DNA of 32,000 nucleotides from the NCBI GenBank assembly GCA_948919095.1, contig CAQYCU010000006.1:13944-45943 (forward strand), in the 5' to 3' direction. Below the pieces are notes generated by a model. The model worked only from the letters and a program-made list of their open reading frames with translations. It had not been told where the DNA came from and ran no database searches. Shown one piece after another: positions 1-7,867 of the stretch (position 1 is its first letter; each line of letters opens with the position of its first letter). This DNA comes from an uncultured Clostridia bacterium (GTDB taxonomy: Bacteria; Bacillota; Clostridia; TANB77; CAG-508). The translations under genes were made by a program, and so were the position numbers.

Positions 1-769
1 TGTTTTGAATTATACTTTTTATTTCATTCTTTTCTACAAAATTGCTTGATATTCTTGTTCCCTTTTCATCGTTAAAAGTTGAAGCAGCAATTATTGGAAG
101 ACTGTATTTTTCAGCTAATTGTACACATCTATCATGAAGTACCTTGGCACCTTCAGTAGATGAAATCGACATTTCTTTATATGACATTTCATTTATCTTT
201 TTAGCATTTGTTATTTTATTTGGGTCTGCAGTATATATTCCATCTACGTCAGAAAATATATAACACTTTTTTGCTTGTAATACAGAAGCAACTGCAACTG
301 CCGAAGTATCAGAACCACCTCTCCCCAAAGTAGTTATGTCGCCATTTTCATTAATACCTTGAAATCCAGTAATTATAACTATCTTATCTTTTTTTAATTC
401 TTCTATAATTCTTTCTTTATTAATATCTAGTATTTGTGCATTTTGAAATTGATTACTTGTAAGTATTCCTGCTTGCCATCCATTTAATGATATTGCGTCG
501 TATCCTTTTTCATTAAGCAATATCGAAACTTTGCTTGCAGATATTTGTTCTCCAACGTTTATAAGTGCATCTAATTCTCTTTCATCTGGTACTTTACTTA
601 ACTCTTTTGCTTCATTTATCAAATTATCAGTCATCTTTCCTTGAGCAGAAACAATGCAAACTACATCTTTCTTTTTTTTCTTAAATTTAATTATTTTATT
701 TGCAACGACTTCAAGATTTTCATTGTTTGCAACAGAGCTTCCACCAAATTTTAATACAACTATATCCAT
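1..769 (-). CDS. aspartate kinase, N-terminal part only (the C-terminus lies beyond the left edge)
   Basis: Reverse translation from the ATG at 769 gives MDIVVLKFGGSSVANNENLEVVANKII, and further on ENGDITTLGRGGSDTSAVAVASVLQAKKCYIFSDVDG. These are the amino-acid-kinase N-terminus and the aspartokinase TLGRGGSD signature. The ORF is open to position 1. It is absent from the ORF track, presumably because it is truncated by the edge. Confidence 0.85.
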   Translation of the reverse strand, partial: MDIVVLKFGGSSVANNENLEVVANKIIKFKKKKKDVVCIVSAQGKMTDNLINEAKELSKVPDERELDALINVGEQISASKVSILLNEKGYDAISLNGWQAGILTSNQFQNAQILDINKERIIEELKKDKIVIITGFQGINENGDITTLGRGGSDTSAVAVASVLQAKKCYIFSDVDGIYTADPNKITNAKKINEMSYKEMSISSTEGAKVLHDRCVQLAEKYSLPIIAASTFNDEKGTRISSNFVEKNEIKSIIQN

Positions 770-848
770 AAATAAAACTCCTTTACATACTATATTAGTC
801 AATAAATTGATATAATATATAATATGCAAAGAAGTTTATTATGTTTAA

Positions 849-1493
849 TTATTTTATTCCCTTTATTGCAAAAATTACCATGAGAATTACAAATGTAACA
901 ATTAAAACTATAGTAGTTGTAATATATATTGCTCTTTTTGCTTGTAAATCTTCTTTAATTTTTTTGTCTTCCTCTTTCTGCTGTGGAAGTACTTCAAATT
1001 TAAAATTTTCAAAGAATTTTACTAATTCATTTTTATCTATCATAATTGTTGATAAAGTCATACATACTTGTTGTTCATCTTTTATGAAAATTACATTTAA
1101 TGAATATATGTATATCGGAAAGAATATTAGCATTTTAGTATTCTTTCTTGATAAGTATATATTTATCAAGTCTTCGTACTTTATTGTCATTTTATTAAAA
1201 TCAACATTGCAAACTAATTTATCTTTTTTTGCTTCTATTGTATATGTATTATTATAAATAAGTGCATATAACAATATTAAAATTAAAACAACTGCTACAC
1301 CTATACTGGCAAAATTTAGTTTATAAGCATAGAATAGTAATACTAAAAAAACAATCGTAAATATTAGCATTTTTAGTTTATTATTTTTTACAAATATTTT
1401 AAAGTTTGCATGTAATGCTGGAGTTCCTTGTATATCTGTTATATGACAATATAATTTATTATTACACTCATTATATATATCTTTCCATTTCAT
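849..1493 (-). CDS. hypothetical membrane protein (about 3 hydrophobic helices)
   Basis: The track ORF 849..1508 begins at a GTG. The ATG at 1493 (MKWKDIY) has GAGGTG 7 nt upstream and is the likelier start. Hydrophobic stretches include LIFTIVFLVLLFYAY, IGVAVVLILILLYALI and a C-terminal TTTIVLIVTFVILMVIFAI. I recognised no family motif. Confidence 0.6.
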   Translation of the reverse strand: MKWKDIYNECNNKLYCHITDIQGTPALHANFKIFVKNNKLKMLIFTIVFLVLLFYAYKLNFASIGVAVVLILILLYALIYNNTYTIEAKKDKLVCNVDFNKMTIKYEDLINIYLSRKNTKMLIFFPIYIYSLNVIFIKDEQQVCMTLSTIMIDKNELVKFFENFKFEVLPQQKEEDKKIKEDLQAKRAIYITTTIVLIVTFVILMVIFAIKGIK

Positions 1494-1513
1494 CTGTTTA
1501 CACCTCACATTTA

Positions 1514-2701
1514 TTATTTTCCTTCTACTAATCTTAAGGTGTCACGTGCAATTACAAGTTCTTCATTTGTAGGTATTACATATACTGGGATTGAAGAATC
1601 ATCTGCAGAAATTAAAGCTTCCTCTCCTCTTACTTCGTTTCTTTTGTCATCAATTTTAATACCCATATATCCTAGATACTCACATATTCCTTTTCTTACT
1701 CTGTATTGATTTTCTCCAACACCAGCAGTAAATGTTATAACATCTATTCCTTGCATTGCTACTGCATATTTAGCTATAAATTGTGCTATTGTATATTTGT
1801 AATAATCTAAACCAATTCTTGCTTGTTCATTTCCATTGTCAATAGCTTCTTCAATATCACGAACATCACTTGAAAGCTCAGTCATTCCAAGTAATCCTGA
1901 TTTTTTATTTAATATACTGTCTGTTTCTTTTGGTGTCCATCCTTCTTTTTCCATCAAAAATGTTACTATTGATGGGTCTAAATCTCCAGAACGAGCACAC
2001 ATTGGTATTCCAGAAATTGGTGTTAATCCCATTGATGTTTCTACTGATTTTCCATTTTGGATTGCACATAAACTTGCTCCTTGTCCTAAGTGGCAATTTA
2101 CTATTTTTAAATCTTTTCTTCCCATTATTTCAGATATTCTATTTGCAACATAGTAATGTGAAGTTCCGTGGAATCCATATTTTCTTATTTTATATTTTTT
2201 GTAATATTCATATGATATTGGGAATATATATCTTTCTTTTTCTATTGTTTGATGAAATGCTGTATCAAATACAACTACCATAGGCTTTCCTGGCATTAAT
2301 TCTTTACATGCATTTATTCCTATTACTGCTGATGGATTATGTACTGGTGCTAAACTTGAACAGTCATCAATTTTTTTAATTACTTCATCATCAACTAATA
2401 CTGATTGTTTGAAGTATTCTCCACCATGTACTATTCTGTGTCCTATTGCTCCTATTTCATCTAGGCTTTCTATAGCTGGATATTCTTTTTTTAGTAATTG
2501 TTCTATTGAGAAATTTAATGCTTCTTTATGATTCTTTACAGGATGCTGTAATACATATTTTTCTCCATTTATTTTATGTGTTAAAAATGACTCTTCCCCT
2601 ATTCTTTCATATGTTCCTTTTGCTATAACTTCTTCATTAGCCATATCTATTAATTGATATTTTAATGATGAACTTCCACAATTAACTACTAAAATTTTCA
2701 T
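1514..2701 (-). CDS. ackA: acetate kinase
   Basis: MKILVVNCGSSSLKYQL is the canonical acetate kinase N-terminus, and GFHGTSH and EELVIARDT are also present. The track ORF extends to 2725, but GAGGAA lies 6 nt upstream of the ATG at 2701. The gene sits directly downstream of pta. Confidence 0.95.
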   Translation of the reverse strand: MKILVVNCGSSSLKYQLIDMANEEVIAKGTYERIGEESFLTHKINGEKYVLQHPVKNHKEALNFSIEQLLKKEYPAIESLDEIGAIGHRIVHGGEYFKQSVLVDDEVIKKIDDCSSLAPVHNPSAVIGINACKELMPGKPMVVVFDTAFHQTIEKERYIFPISYEYYKKYKIRKYGFHGTSHYYVANRISEIMGRKDLKIVNCHLGQGASLCAIQNGKSVETSMGLTPISGIPMCARSGDLDPSIVTFLMEKEGWTPKETDSILNKKSGLLGMTELSSDVRDIEEAIDNGNEQARIGLDYYKYTIAQFIAKYAVAMQGIDVITFTAGVGENQYRVRKGICEYLGYMGIKIDDKRNEVRGEEALISADDSSIPVYVIPTNEELVIARDTLRLVEGK

Positions 2702-2773
2702 AATAATTTCCTCATATTCTTTCAAATTATATTTAGGTTTTTGTATGTGGCTTTACCTATAACCCTTAAGAAT

Positions 2774-3787
2774 TTATTGTTTACTTGAAATTGCCTGAAC
2801 TGCTGTTATAGCAATTACTCCTGCAACGTCTTCTGCTGAGCAGCCTCGTGATAAATCATTTGCTGGTTTTGCTAAGCCTTGGCACAATGGTCCATATGCT
2901 TTAGCATGTGCAAGTCTTTGCACTAATTTATATCCTATGTTTCCAGAATTTAAATCTGGGAAAACTAATATGTTTGCTTTTCCTTGTAATTTGCTTTCAG
3001 GTGCTTTTAGTTTTGCAATTTCAGGAATTATTGCCGCATCTAATTGTAATTCTCCATCAATAAGTAACTCTGGTAATTTTTCATTTGCAATTTTAGTTCC
3101 TTCTATTACTTTTTCTGTAAGTTCTGAATGTGCACTTCCTTTTGTTGAATATGAAAGCATTGCAACTTTTGGCTCTGCTGTTTCTGATACAAGTTCTTTG
3201 AACGACTCTGCTGACTCAATGGCAATGTCTGCAAGTTGCTCTGCTGTTGGATTTTCATTCATGCCACAGTCTGCAAATATGTATACTCCATTTTCTCCAA
3301 ATTCTTTATCATCTACACACATTACAAAAAATGCTGATATTGTTTTTATTCCTTCTCTTCCCTTTATTATTTGTAATACTGGTCTCAATGTGTCAGCTGT
3401 TGGGTGGTCTGCTCCTGAAACATAACCATCTGCTTCGTTCATTTTTATCATCATTGTTGCAAAATAATTGTAATCAGTTGTGAGAAGTGTATGCGCCTTT
3501 TCTATTGTCATTCCTTTATGCTTTCTAAGTTCATATAACATATTTTCATATTTTTCTAGTTTTTCTGACTTTTCTGGATTTATTATTTCTGCTTTTGTTA
3601 TATCAATATTATTTTCTTTAGCGAATGTCCTTATCTCTTCTTCATCTCCTAATAAAATAATATTTGCATATCCTTCTCTTAGTGCTATTTCTGCTCCTTT
3701 AAGAATTCTAATATCGTTTGCTTCTGGCAAGCAAATTGTTTGTATATCTTTTTTTACTCTTTCTTTTATTTTCTGAATAAAGTCCAT
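2774..3787 (-). CDS. pta: phosphate acetyltransferase
   Basis: MDFIQKIKERVKKDIQTICLPEANDIRILKGAE, YVSGADHPTADTLRP and the C-terminal DLSRGCSAEDV are typical Pta sequence. The track ORF starts at 3808 with no SD. The ATG at 3787 gives the usual Pta N-terminus and has AAAGGA upstream. Confidence 0.92.
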   Translation of the reverse strand: MDFIQKIKERVKKDIQTICLPEANDIRILKGAEIALREGYANIILLGDEEEIRTFAKENNIDITKAEIINPEKSEKLEKYENMLYELRKHKGMTIEKAHTLLTTDYNYFATMMIKMNEADGYVSGADHPTADTLRPVLQIIKGREGIKTISAFFVMCVDDKEFGENGVYIFADCGMNENPTAEQLADIAIESAESFKELVSETAEPKVAMLSYSTKGSAHSELTEKVIEGTKIANEKLPELLIDGELQLDAAIIPEIAKLKAPESKLQGKANILVFPDLNSGNIGYKLVQRLAHAKAYGPLCQGLAKPANDLSRGCSAEDVAGVIAITAVQAISSKQ

Positions 3788-3822
3788 TGTGTTTTGGTCC
3801 TTTCTCATTGTTTATTATAATT

Positions 3823-3835
3823 ACGGTTTAACCGT
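3823..3835. promoter_or_regulatory. 13-bp perfect palindrome ACGGTT-T-AACCGT at the predicted pta-ackA transcription start, a candidate operator
   Basis: This is an isolated G+C-containing palindrome in an otherwise AT-only intergenic region. It lies 6-18 nt downstream of the predicted -10 box. Confidence 0.3.
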
Positions 3836-3840
3836 TACTT

Positions 3841-3869
3841 ATTATATATAATCTGTTCAAAAATTACAA
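3841..3869 (-). promoter_or_regulatory. sigma-A type promoter for pta-ackA
   Basis: The minus strand reads TTGTAA, then 17 nt, then TATAAT. The -35 box is at 3864..3869 and the -10 box at 3841..3846. Confidence 0.55.
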
Positions 3870-3919
3870 GAGATTTATAGTAAATTTATTATATTGTTTT
3901 TATATAACAATAATAAAAA

Positions 3920-3948
3920 GAAGAAGTTTTTTTGTTATATCCTTCTTC
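3920..3948 (-). terminator. putative intrinsic terminator after the pseudouridine synthase gene
   Basis: GAAGAAG (3920..3926) pairs with CTTCTTC (3942..3948). On the minus strand the stem is followed by TTTTTATT. The 15-nt loop is large, so this is a weak call. Confidence 0.4.
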
Positions 3949-3959
3949 CTTATAATAAT

Positions 3960-4820
3960 TTATTTTATTAAATTTTCCATATCTTTTGGAATAAGTGCTG
4001 TTATATCAATTACTTGTCTTGTCACAGGATGAGTAAATTGTATATGATATGCGTGTAGTGCCTGTCTTTCAATTAAGTTCGATTTTTGTCCATACAAACT
4101 ATCTCCTACTAATGGATAATTAATGTATGACATGTGAACTCTTATTTGATGAGTACGACCTGTTTTTAAAATACATTTTACAAGTGAAAGTTTTGTGTTG
4201 TTGATTGTAAAGTTTTTTATTGCTTTGTATTCTGTTATTGCTGTTTGTCCATCAACAGATACGCATCTTTCTATTATGCTTTTATCTTTTCGAGAAATTG
4301 GTTCATTAATAATACCTTCTCCTGTCAAAGTTCCTTCTACAATAGCAACGTATTCTTTTTGATAATTAATTAAGCTTTCTTGTATATATTCTGACTTTGC
4401 AAATATTACTATTCCTGTAGTATTTTTATCAAGTCTATTTACTATTCTAATTTTTTTGTTTATATTATGTGTGTCAAAATAATATTTTACACCATTTGAT
4501 AAGCTGCCTTCATAACAGTCCATACATGGGTGCACAGGAATAAACGCTTGCTTATTCACTATTAAAAGCCACTCGTCTTCATACAATATATCAATTTTAA
4601 TATTAGAATTTGGTATAATGTTTTCACAAGTTTCGTTAAAGTCTAAATCAACTTCGACTATATCATTTTCATTTACTTCTTGATAGTCTTTTGCTAGCTT
4701 TCCATTTACAAATATTCTGTCTTTTTTTATTTTTTTACATAGTCTTTCTGAAATTGATAAGTCTTCACGTAGTACTTGTTTTACAGTTTTTCTTTGTTTT
4801 ACAATGTGTTTTAGTTTCAT
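3960..4820 (-). CDS. RluA-family 23S rRNA/tRNA pseudouridine synthase
   Basis: VNRLDKNTTGIVIFAK carries the catalytic Asp motif (RLD..TSG-like). GRTHQIRVH and ALHAY are the RluA-family signatures. The N-terminus is S4-like (VKQVLREDLSISERL). Confidence 0.88.
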   Translation of the reverse strand: MKLKHIVKQRKTVKQVLREDLSISERLCKKIKKDRIFVNGKLAKDYQEVNENDIVEVDLDFNETCENIIPNSNIKIDILYEDEWLLIVNKQAFIPVHPCMDCYEGSLSNGVKYYFDTHNINKKIRIVNRLDKNTTGIVIFAKSEYIQESLINYQKEYVAIVEGTLTGEGIINEPISRKDKSIIERCVSVDGQTAITEYKAIKNFTINNTKLSLVKCILKTGRTHQIRVHMSYINYPLVGDSLYGQKSNLIERQALHAYHIQFTHPVTRQVIDITALIPKDMENLIK

Positions 4821-4833
4821 AATTTATCGTCCA

Positions 4834-6134
4834 TTATATTAAAAATGTAGCATACAATGGTATAGACTTTATGCTATTTTCAAAGCCAAAATTCTTAGCA
4901 GAAATCCTAATAGCATATTTAGGATTATGTTCTCTTATATATGAGTTTAGACTGGTAGACTTTGTACTAACTCCACTCTTTACTTCTACTGGAATTATTC
5001 CATCATTATTATATATAACAAAGTCAACTTCTGCATTTCTGCCATATGTCCAATAATATAATGGTATATCCCTTGCTGTAAATTCTTGTGCAATATAACT
5101 TTCTGTTACTGCTCCTTTAAACTCAAATGGTTTTTCTAACATAATATCAGGATAGTTTATTCCAGATATTGAGGTTAATAATCCAATATCACTCAAATAT
5201 AATTTAAACATATCATCATCTATATAAACTTTAAGTGGTATTTCAGGCTTCTTTATTTTATAACTTGCTAATACCATTCCTGATGAAATCAGCCATTCAA
5301 TAGGAGTTTCATATTTTCTTTTTCTGCCCTCTTCTTCTATTAAATTATACTTAAATGTTTTTTTGTCTTTTGCTAATTGACTAGGTATATTTTTATATAC
5401 TTTTTCAATTTTAACTGTTTCTATACTACCTTTTACATATTTTTTCATATCAGCTATGTACATTTCAACAATATTTGATATTATACGAGGGTCATATTTT
5501 AATAAATCTAAATCGTTTTCAATAAAATTGTTAACTGATTCTGGCATTCCGCCTACACATAGATATTGTTTGTATAAAGTAAGAGCTTGTTCATGGGCAA
5601 AATCTGGCATTGGTTCTATATTAAAGTAACATTTTCTAATTTTTCCTAGTAATAATTCATTTCCAGTAGCCATTAAAAATTCTTCAAAATTCATTGGATA
5701 CATATATTCCATTGTCACTTTACCTACTGGGAAAGAACTATTAAATCTATTTATTTTTACTCCGTAATAAGCTTCCTGCACAAATAATTTTATATGGCTT
5801 GCTTGATTCATTAAAATACTTAAGTGAAACTATAAAGTTTTCACTAACCTGAACTTCGTCAAAAAATAATAATGTTTTATCTACATCTATTTTTCTTCCG
5901 ATATATAATTCTAATTCTTCTATTATCTTTTCTTCATTAATTGTTTTTTCAAATATCGCTCTTAGTTCTTCTTCTTTTTCTAAATTAAAATATAAATACT
6001 CTTCAAAGTTTTCTTTTCCAAACTTATCAATTGTATAAGTTTTTCCAATTTGTCTTACACCGAATTACCATTAGTGGCTTTTTCATTCCTGTATCTTTCC
6101 AAGCTGATAATTTTTTTTCAAACAATCTTTTCAT
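4834..6134 (-). pseudogene. AAA-family ATPase with a DUF4143-type C-terminal region (COG1373-like), interrupted by two +1 frameshifts
   Basis: There are three collinear open segments.
- ATG 6134 (SD GAGGAG 6 nt upstream): MKRLFEKKLSAWKDTGMKKPLMVI, ending at an in-frame CGG at 6062..6060.
- +1 frame: GVRQIGKTYTIDKFGKENFEE...LLFFDEVQ...YKIICAGSLL, containing a Walker A and a DE.Q Walker B, ending at an in-frame CGG at 5764..5762.
- +1 frame: GVKINRFNSSFPVGKV..., which is the track ORF 4834..5811.
I found no other lesions. Confidence 0.8.
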
Positions 6135-6185
6135 CTTTCACTCCTCGTATATGGAATATGGATACTCCTTTTTATTTCTAATTAC

Positions 6186-6215
6186 ATTATAATCATAAAC
6201 AAAATAAAAAGTCAA
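6186..6215 (-). promoter_or_regulatory. sigma-A type promoter of the ATPase (pseudo)gene
   Basis: The minus strand reads TTGACT (6210..6215), then 18 nt, then TATAAT (6186..6191), about 50 nt upstream of the ATG at 6134. Confidence 0.55.
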
Positions 6216-6269
6216 TGATTTTTGCCACTTTTTGCACACTTTTTCAAATCATTTTCGCCACTTTTTGCA
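6215..6269. repeat. two 22-nt direct repeats abutting the -35 box
   Basis: ATGATTTTTGCCACTTTTTGCA (6215..6236) and ATCATTTTCGCCACTTTTTGCA (6248..6269) match at 20 of 22 positions. Their starts are 33 bp apart. Confidence 0.7.
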
Positions 6270-6287
6270 TTTTTTAGGGTTTGAATT

Positions 6288-6336
6288 AAGAAATGAGACA
6301 ATTCTAGAGTTACTTTTTAGAATTATCTCATTTCTT
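6288..6336. terminator. long hairpin between the HipA-like remnant and the ATPase promoter region
   Basis: AAGAAATGAGA (6288..6298) pairs with TCTCATTTCTT (6326..6336). An inner AATTCTA/TAGAATT pairing extends the stem. It begins 3 nt after the stop of ORF 6339..6530. Confidence 0.55.
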
Positions 6337-6338
6337 TA

Positions 6339-6765
6339 CTATCTTAATTTTTCATAAACTTCTTTTATTATCAAATATCTAATATAAATTATTTTCTTGT
6401 AAAATTCTTTTCTAACAGATGACATATATGGTATTTCACTTATAAAAGTATTAATTTTGTCAATATCAATTTTGTCAAATATTCTTGTAATTGCATTGTT
6501 ACACTCTTCATTCATATTCTGAAAATGCATTACTTATATATGATATGTTTTTATTTTTATCCATTATTGGGTCTGGAAATTTAACTAAATACTTTTTATT
6601 ATCATATATTAATGTTTTCTTTTTTTCTGAGCCTTTATAAATATTTAATTCTTCTATTGCTTTTGTGAAATCAATTATTGTGTTCTCCTCTATTAATTCT
6701 TTTTTATTATAACATACCATAAAGTAAAAATAAAGGATTTTTGAAATATTTGCTATATTATACAT
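6339..6765 (-). pseudogene. remnant of a HipA-like (Firmicute-type) Ser/Thr kinase toxin, with the catalytic core missing
   Basis: ORF 6508..6765 contains YKGSEKKKTLIYDNKKYLVKFPDPIMDKNKNISYISNAFSEY. From memory, this matches the N-terminal pattern of Firmicute HipA-domain proteins (G..K...Y.g..Y.lKFP....n...SY.N...SEYI). It stops right after SEY. ORF 6339..6530 continues in the +1 frame with a short helical tail. The two together give only about 140 aa, far shorter than my recollection of intact family members. Confidence 0.4.
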
Positions 6766-6819
6766 TGTATTAAAAAAGAGAAAGATTTGGAATTGTTTTC
6801 CAACTTTTTCTCCTTTTTA

Positions 6820-7734
6820 TTAATATATATTATTAATTGTATCATCACTATTTTGTTTATATTCTGATGGAAATTGAGCTGTTGTTAATTGAATTTCTCT
6901 ATCTCTTCTTAAATATAATGTATTTAAAGGTCCAAAATATCCATTTCCATCCCCATTATCTTCTGCATCATAATAAAATACTCTCCATGTTCCTCCTGCA
7001 GGTGGATTATAATCTACTACTCGTTTTCCAATATTTCTTTGTATGGTTTCTGCTGTTATTTGTTTTGCTTGTGCTACTGTTATTCCATCTATTAATGTTA
7101 CATTTGTTGTTTTTGCATTTGAGTTTGGAGTTATATTATCTGCATTATCTGTTGCAGTTACTGTTACTGTGTAGGTTGTTTCTTCTCTATTTCCTGTTGG
7201 AGTTGTTGTTATTTCTATTGTTTGACCAGCTGTAAATGTTCCTGTTTTCTTATCTACTGGAATTCCTGCTAAAGTTGTATCTTGCGCTGAAGTTATTGTA
7301 TAATTAAAATATTTTAGTCCACTTTCATTATCATGTCCTATTGCAGTAAATTTTATTTTTAAGCCTTCTGCTTTTGCATCTATTGAGTCAACTACTGGAG
7401 GGATATTGTCTACTCTTATTGTTATAGGTATTGTTTTTGTGTTTGATTTTCCATTGCTATCTTGTGCATTTATTACTATTGTTGTATCTGTTGTTGTATC
7501 TGTTGTTATATTAGTTATAGAATATCTTCCATCTGCATCTATTGAAAAACCTGTGATTTCTGCTCCATCTTTTGTTGCTGATACTATTGTTATATTTCCA
7601 CCACTATATGTTACAATTCTACCTGTTACACTTACATTTGCTTCACTTGGATTTAGCCAGCCATTATTTCCACTTACACTTGCTGTTATTATTACTCCGT
7701 CTGCTGGTCCAATATAATCTAATATTTTAGGCAC
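6820..7734 (-). CDS. Ig-like / beta-sandwich repeat surface-type protein, probably a 5'-truncated fragment
   Basis: The 304-codon ORF is rich in T/N/I beta-strand repeats (VDNIPPVVDSIDAKAEGLKIKFTAIGHDNESGLKYFNYTI, TYTVTVTATDNADN). The only canonical start is the GTG at 7734, which has no SD. There is no internal Met codon and no signal peptide. The frame stays open upstream to 7890. Confidence 0.5.
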   Translation of the reverse strand: MPKILDYIGPADGVIITASVSGNNGWLNPSEANVSVTGRIVTYSGGNITIVSATKDGAEITGFSIDADGRYSITNITTDTTTDTTIVINAQDSNGKSNTKTIPITIRVDNIPPVVDSIDAKAEGLKIKFTAIGHDNESGLKYFNYTITSAQDTTLAGIPVDKKTGTFTAGQTIEITTTPTGNREETTYTVTVTATDNADNITPNSNAKTTNVTLIDGITVAQAKQITAETIQRNIGKRVVDYNPPAGGTWRVFYYDAEDNGDGNGYFGPLNTLYLRRDREIQLTTAQFPSEYKQNSDDTINNIY

Positions 7735-7867
7735 CGTTCTATCTACTTCAAATATATATCCCTCTACTATTGCTTGACTAATATTGGGATTTGTTCCTTC
7801 TTTTATATCTTCTCCTATACTATTTTTTATATTGATTTTAATATTTGTAATACAAATGTAATATTGA

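Noticed and set aside
770-848. Lysine riboswitch or leader upstream of aspartokinase
   Set aside because: Only about 80 nt separate the aspartokinase ATG from the preceding gene. The sequence is AT-only, with no L-box-like helices.
3823-3835. The palindrome as a CcpA cre site
   Set aside because: The cre consensus (TGWAANCGNTNWCA) requires a central CG flanked by AAN/NTT. ACGGTTTAACCGT has a different half-site and spacing.
6215-6269. Direct repeats as a mini CRISPR array
   Set aside because: There are only two imperfect 22-nt copies with an 11-nt spacer. They have no palindromic repeat structure, there are no cas genes, and they sit in promoter-proximal position.
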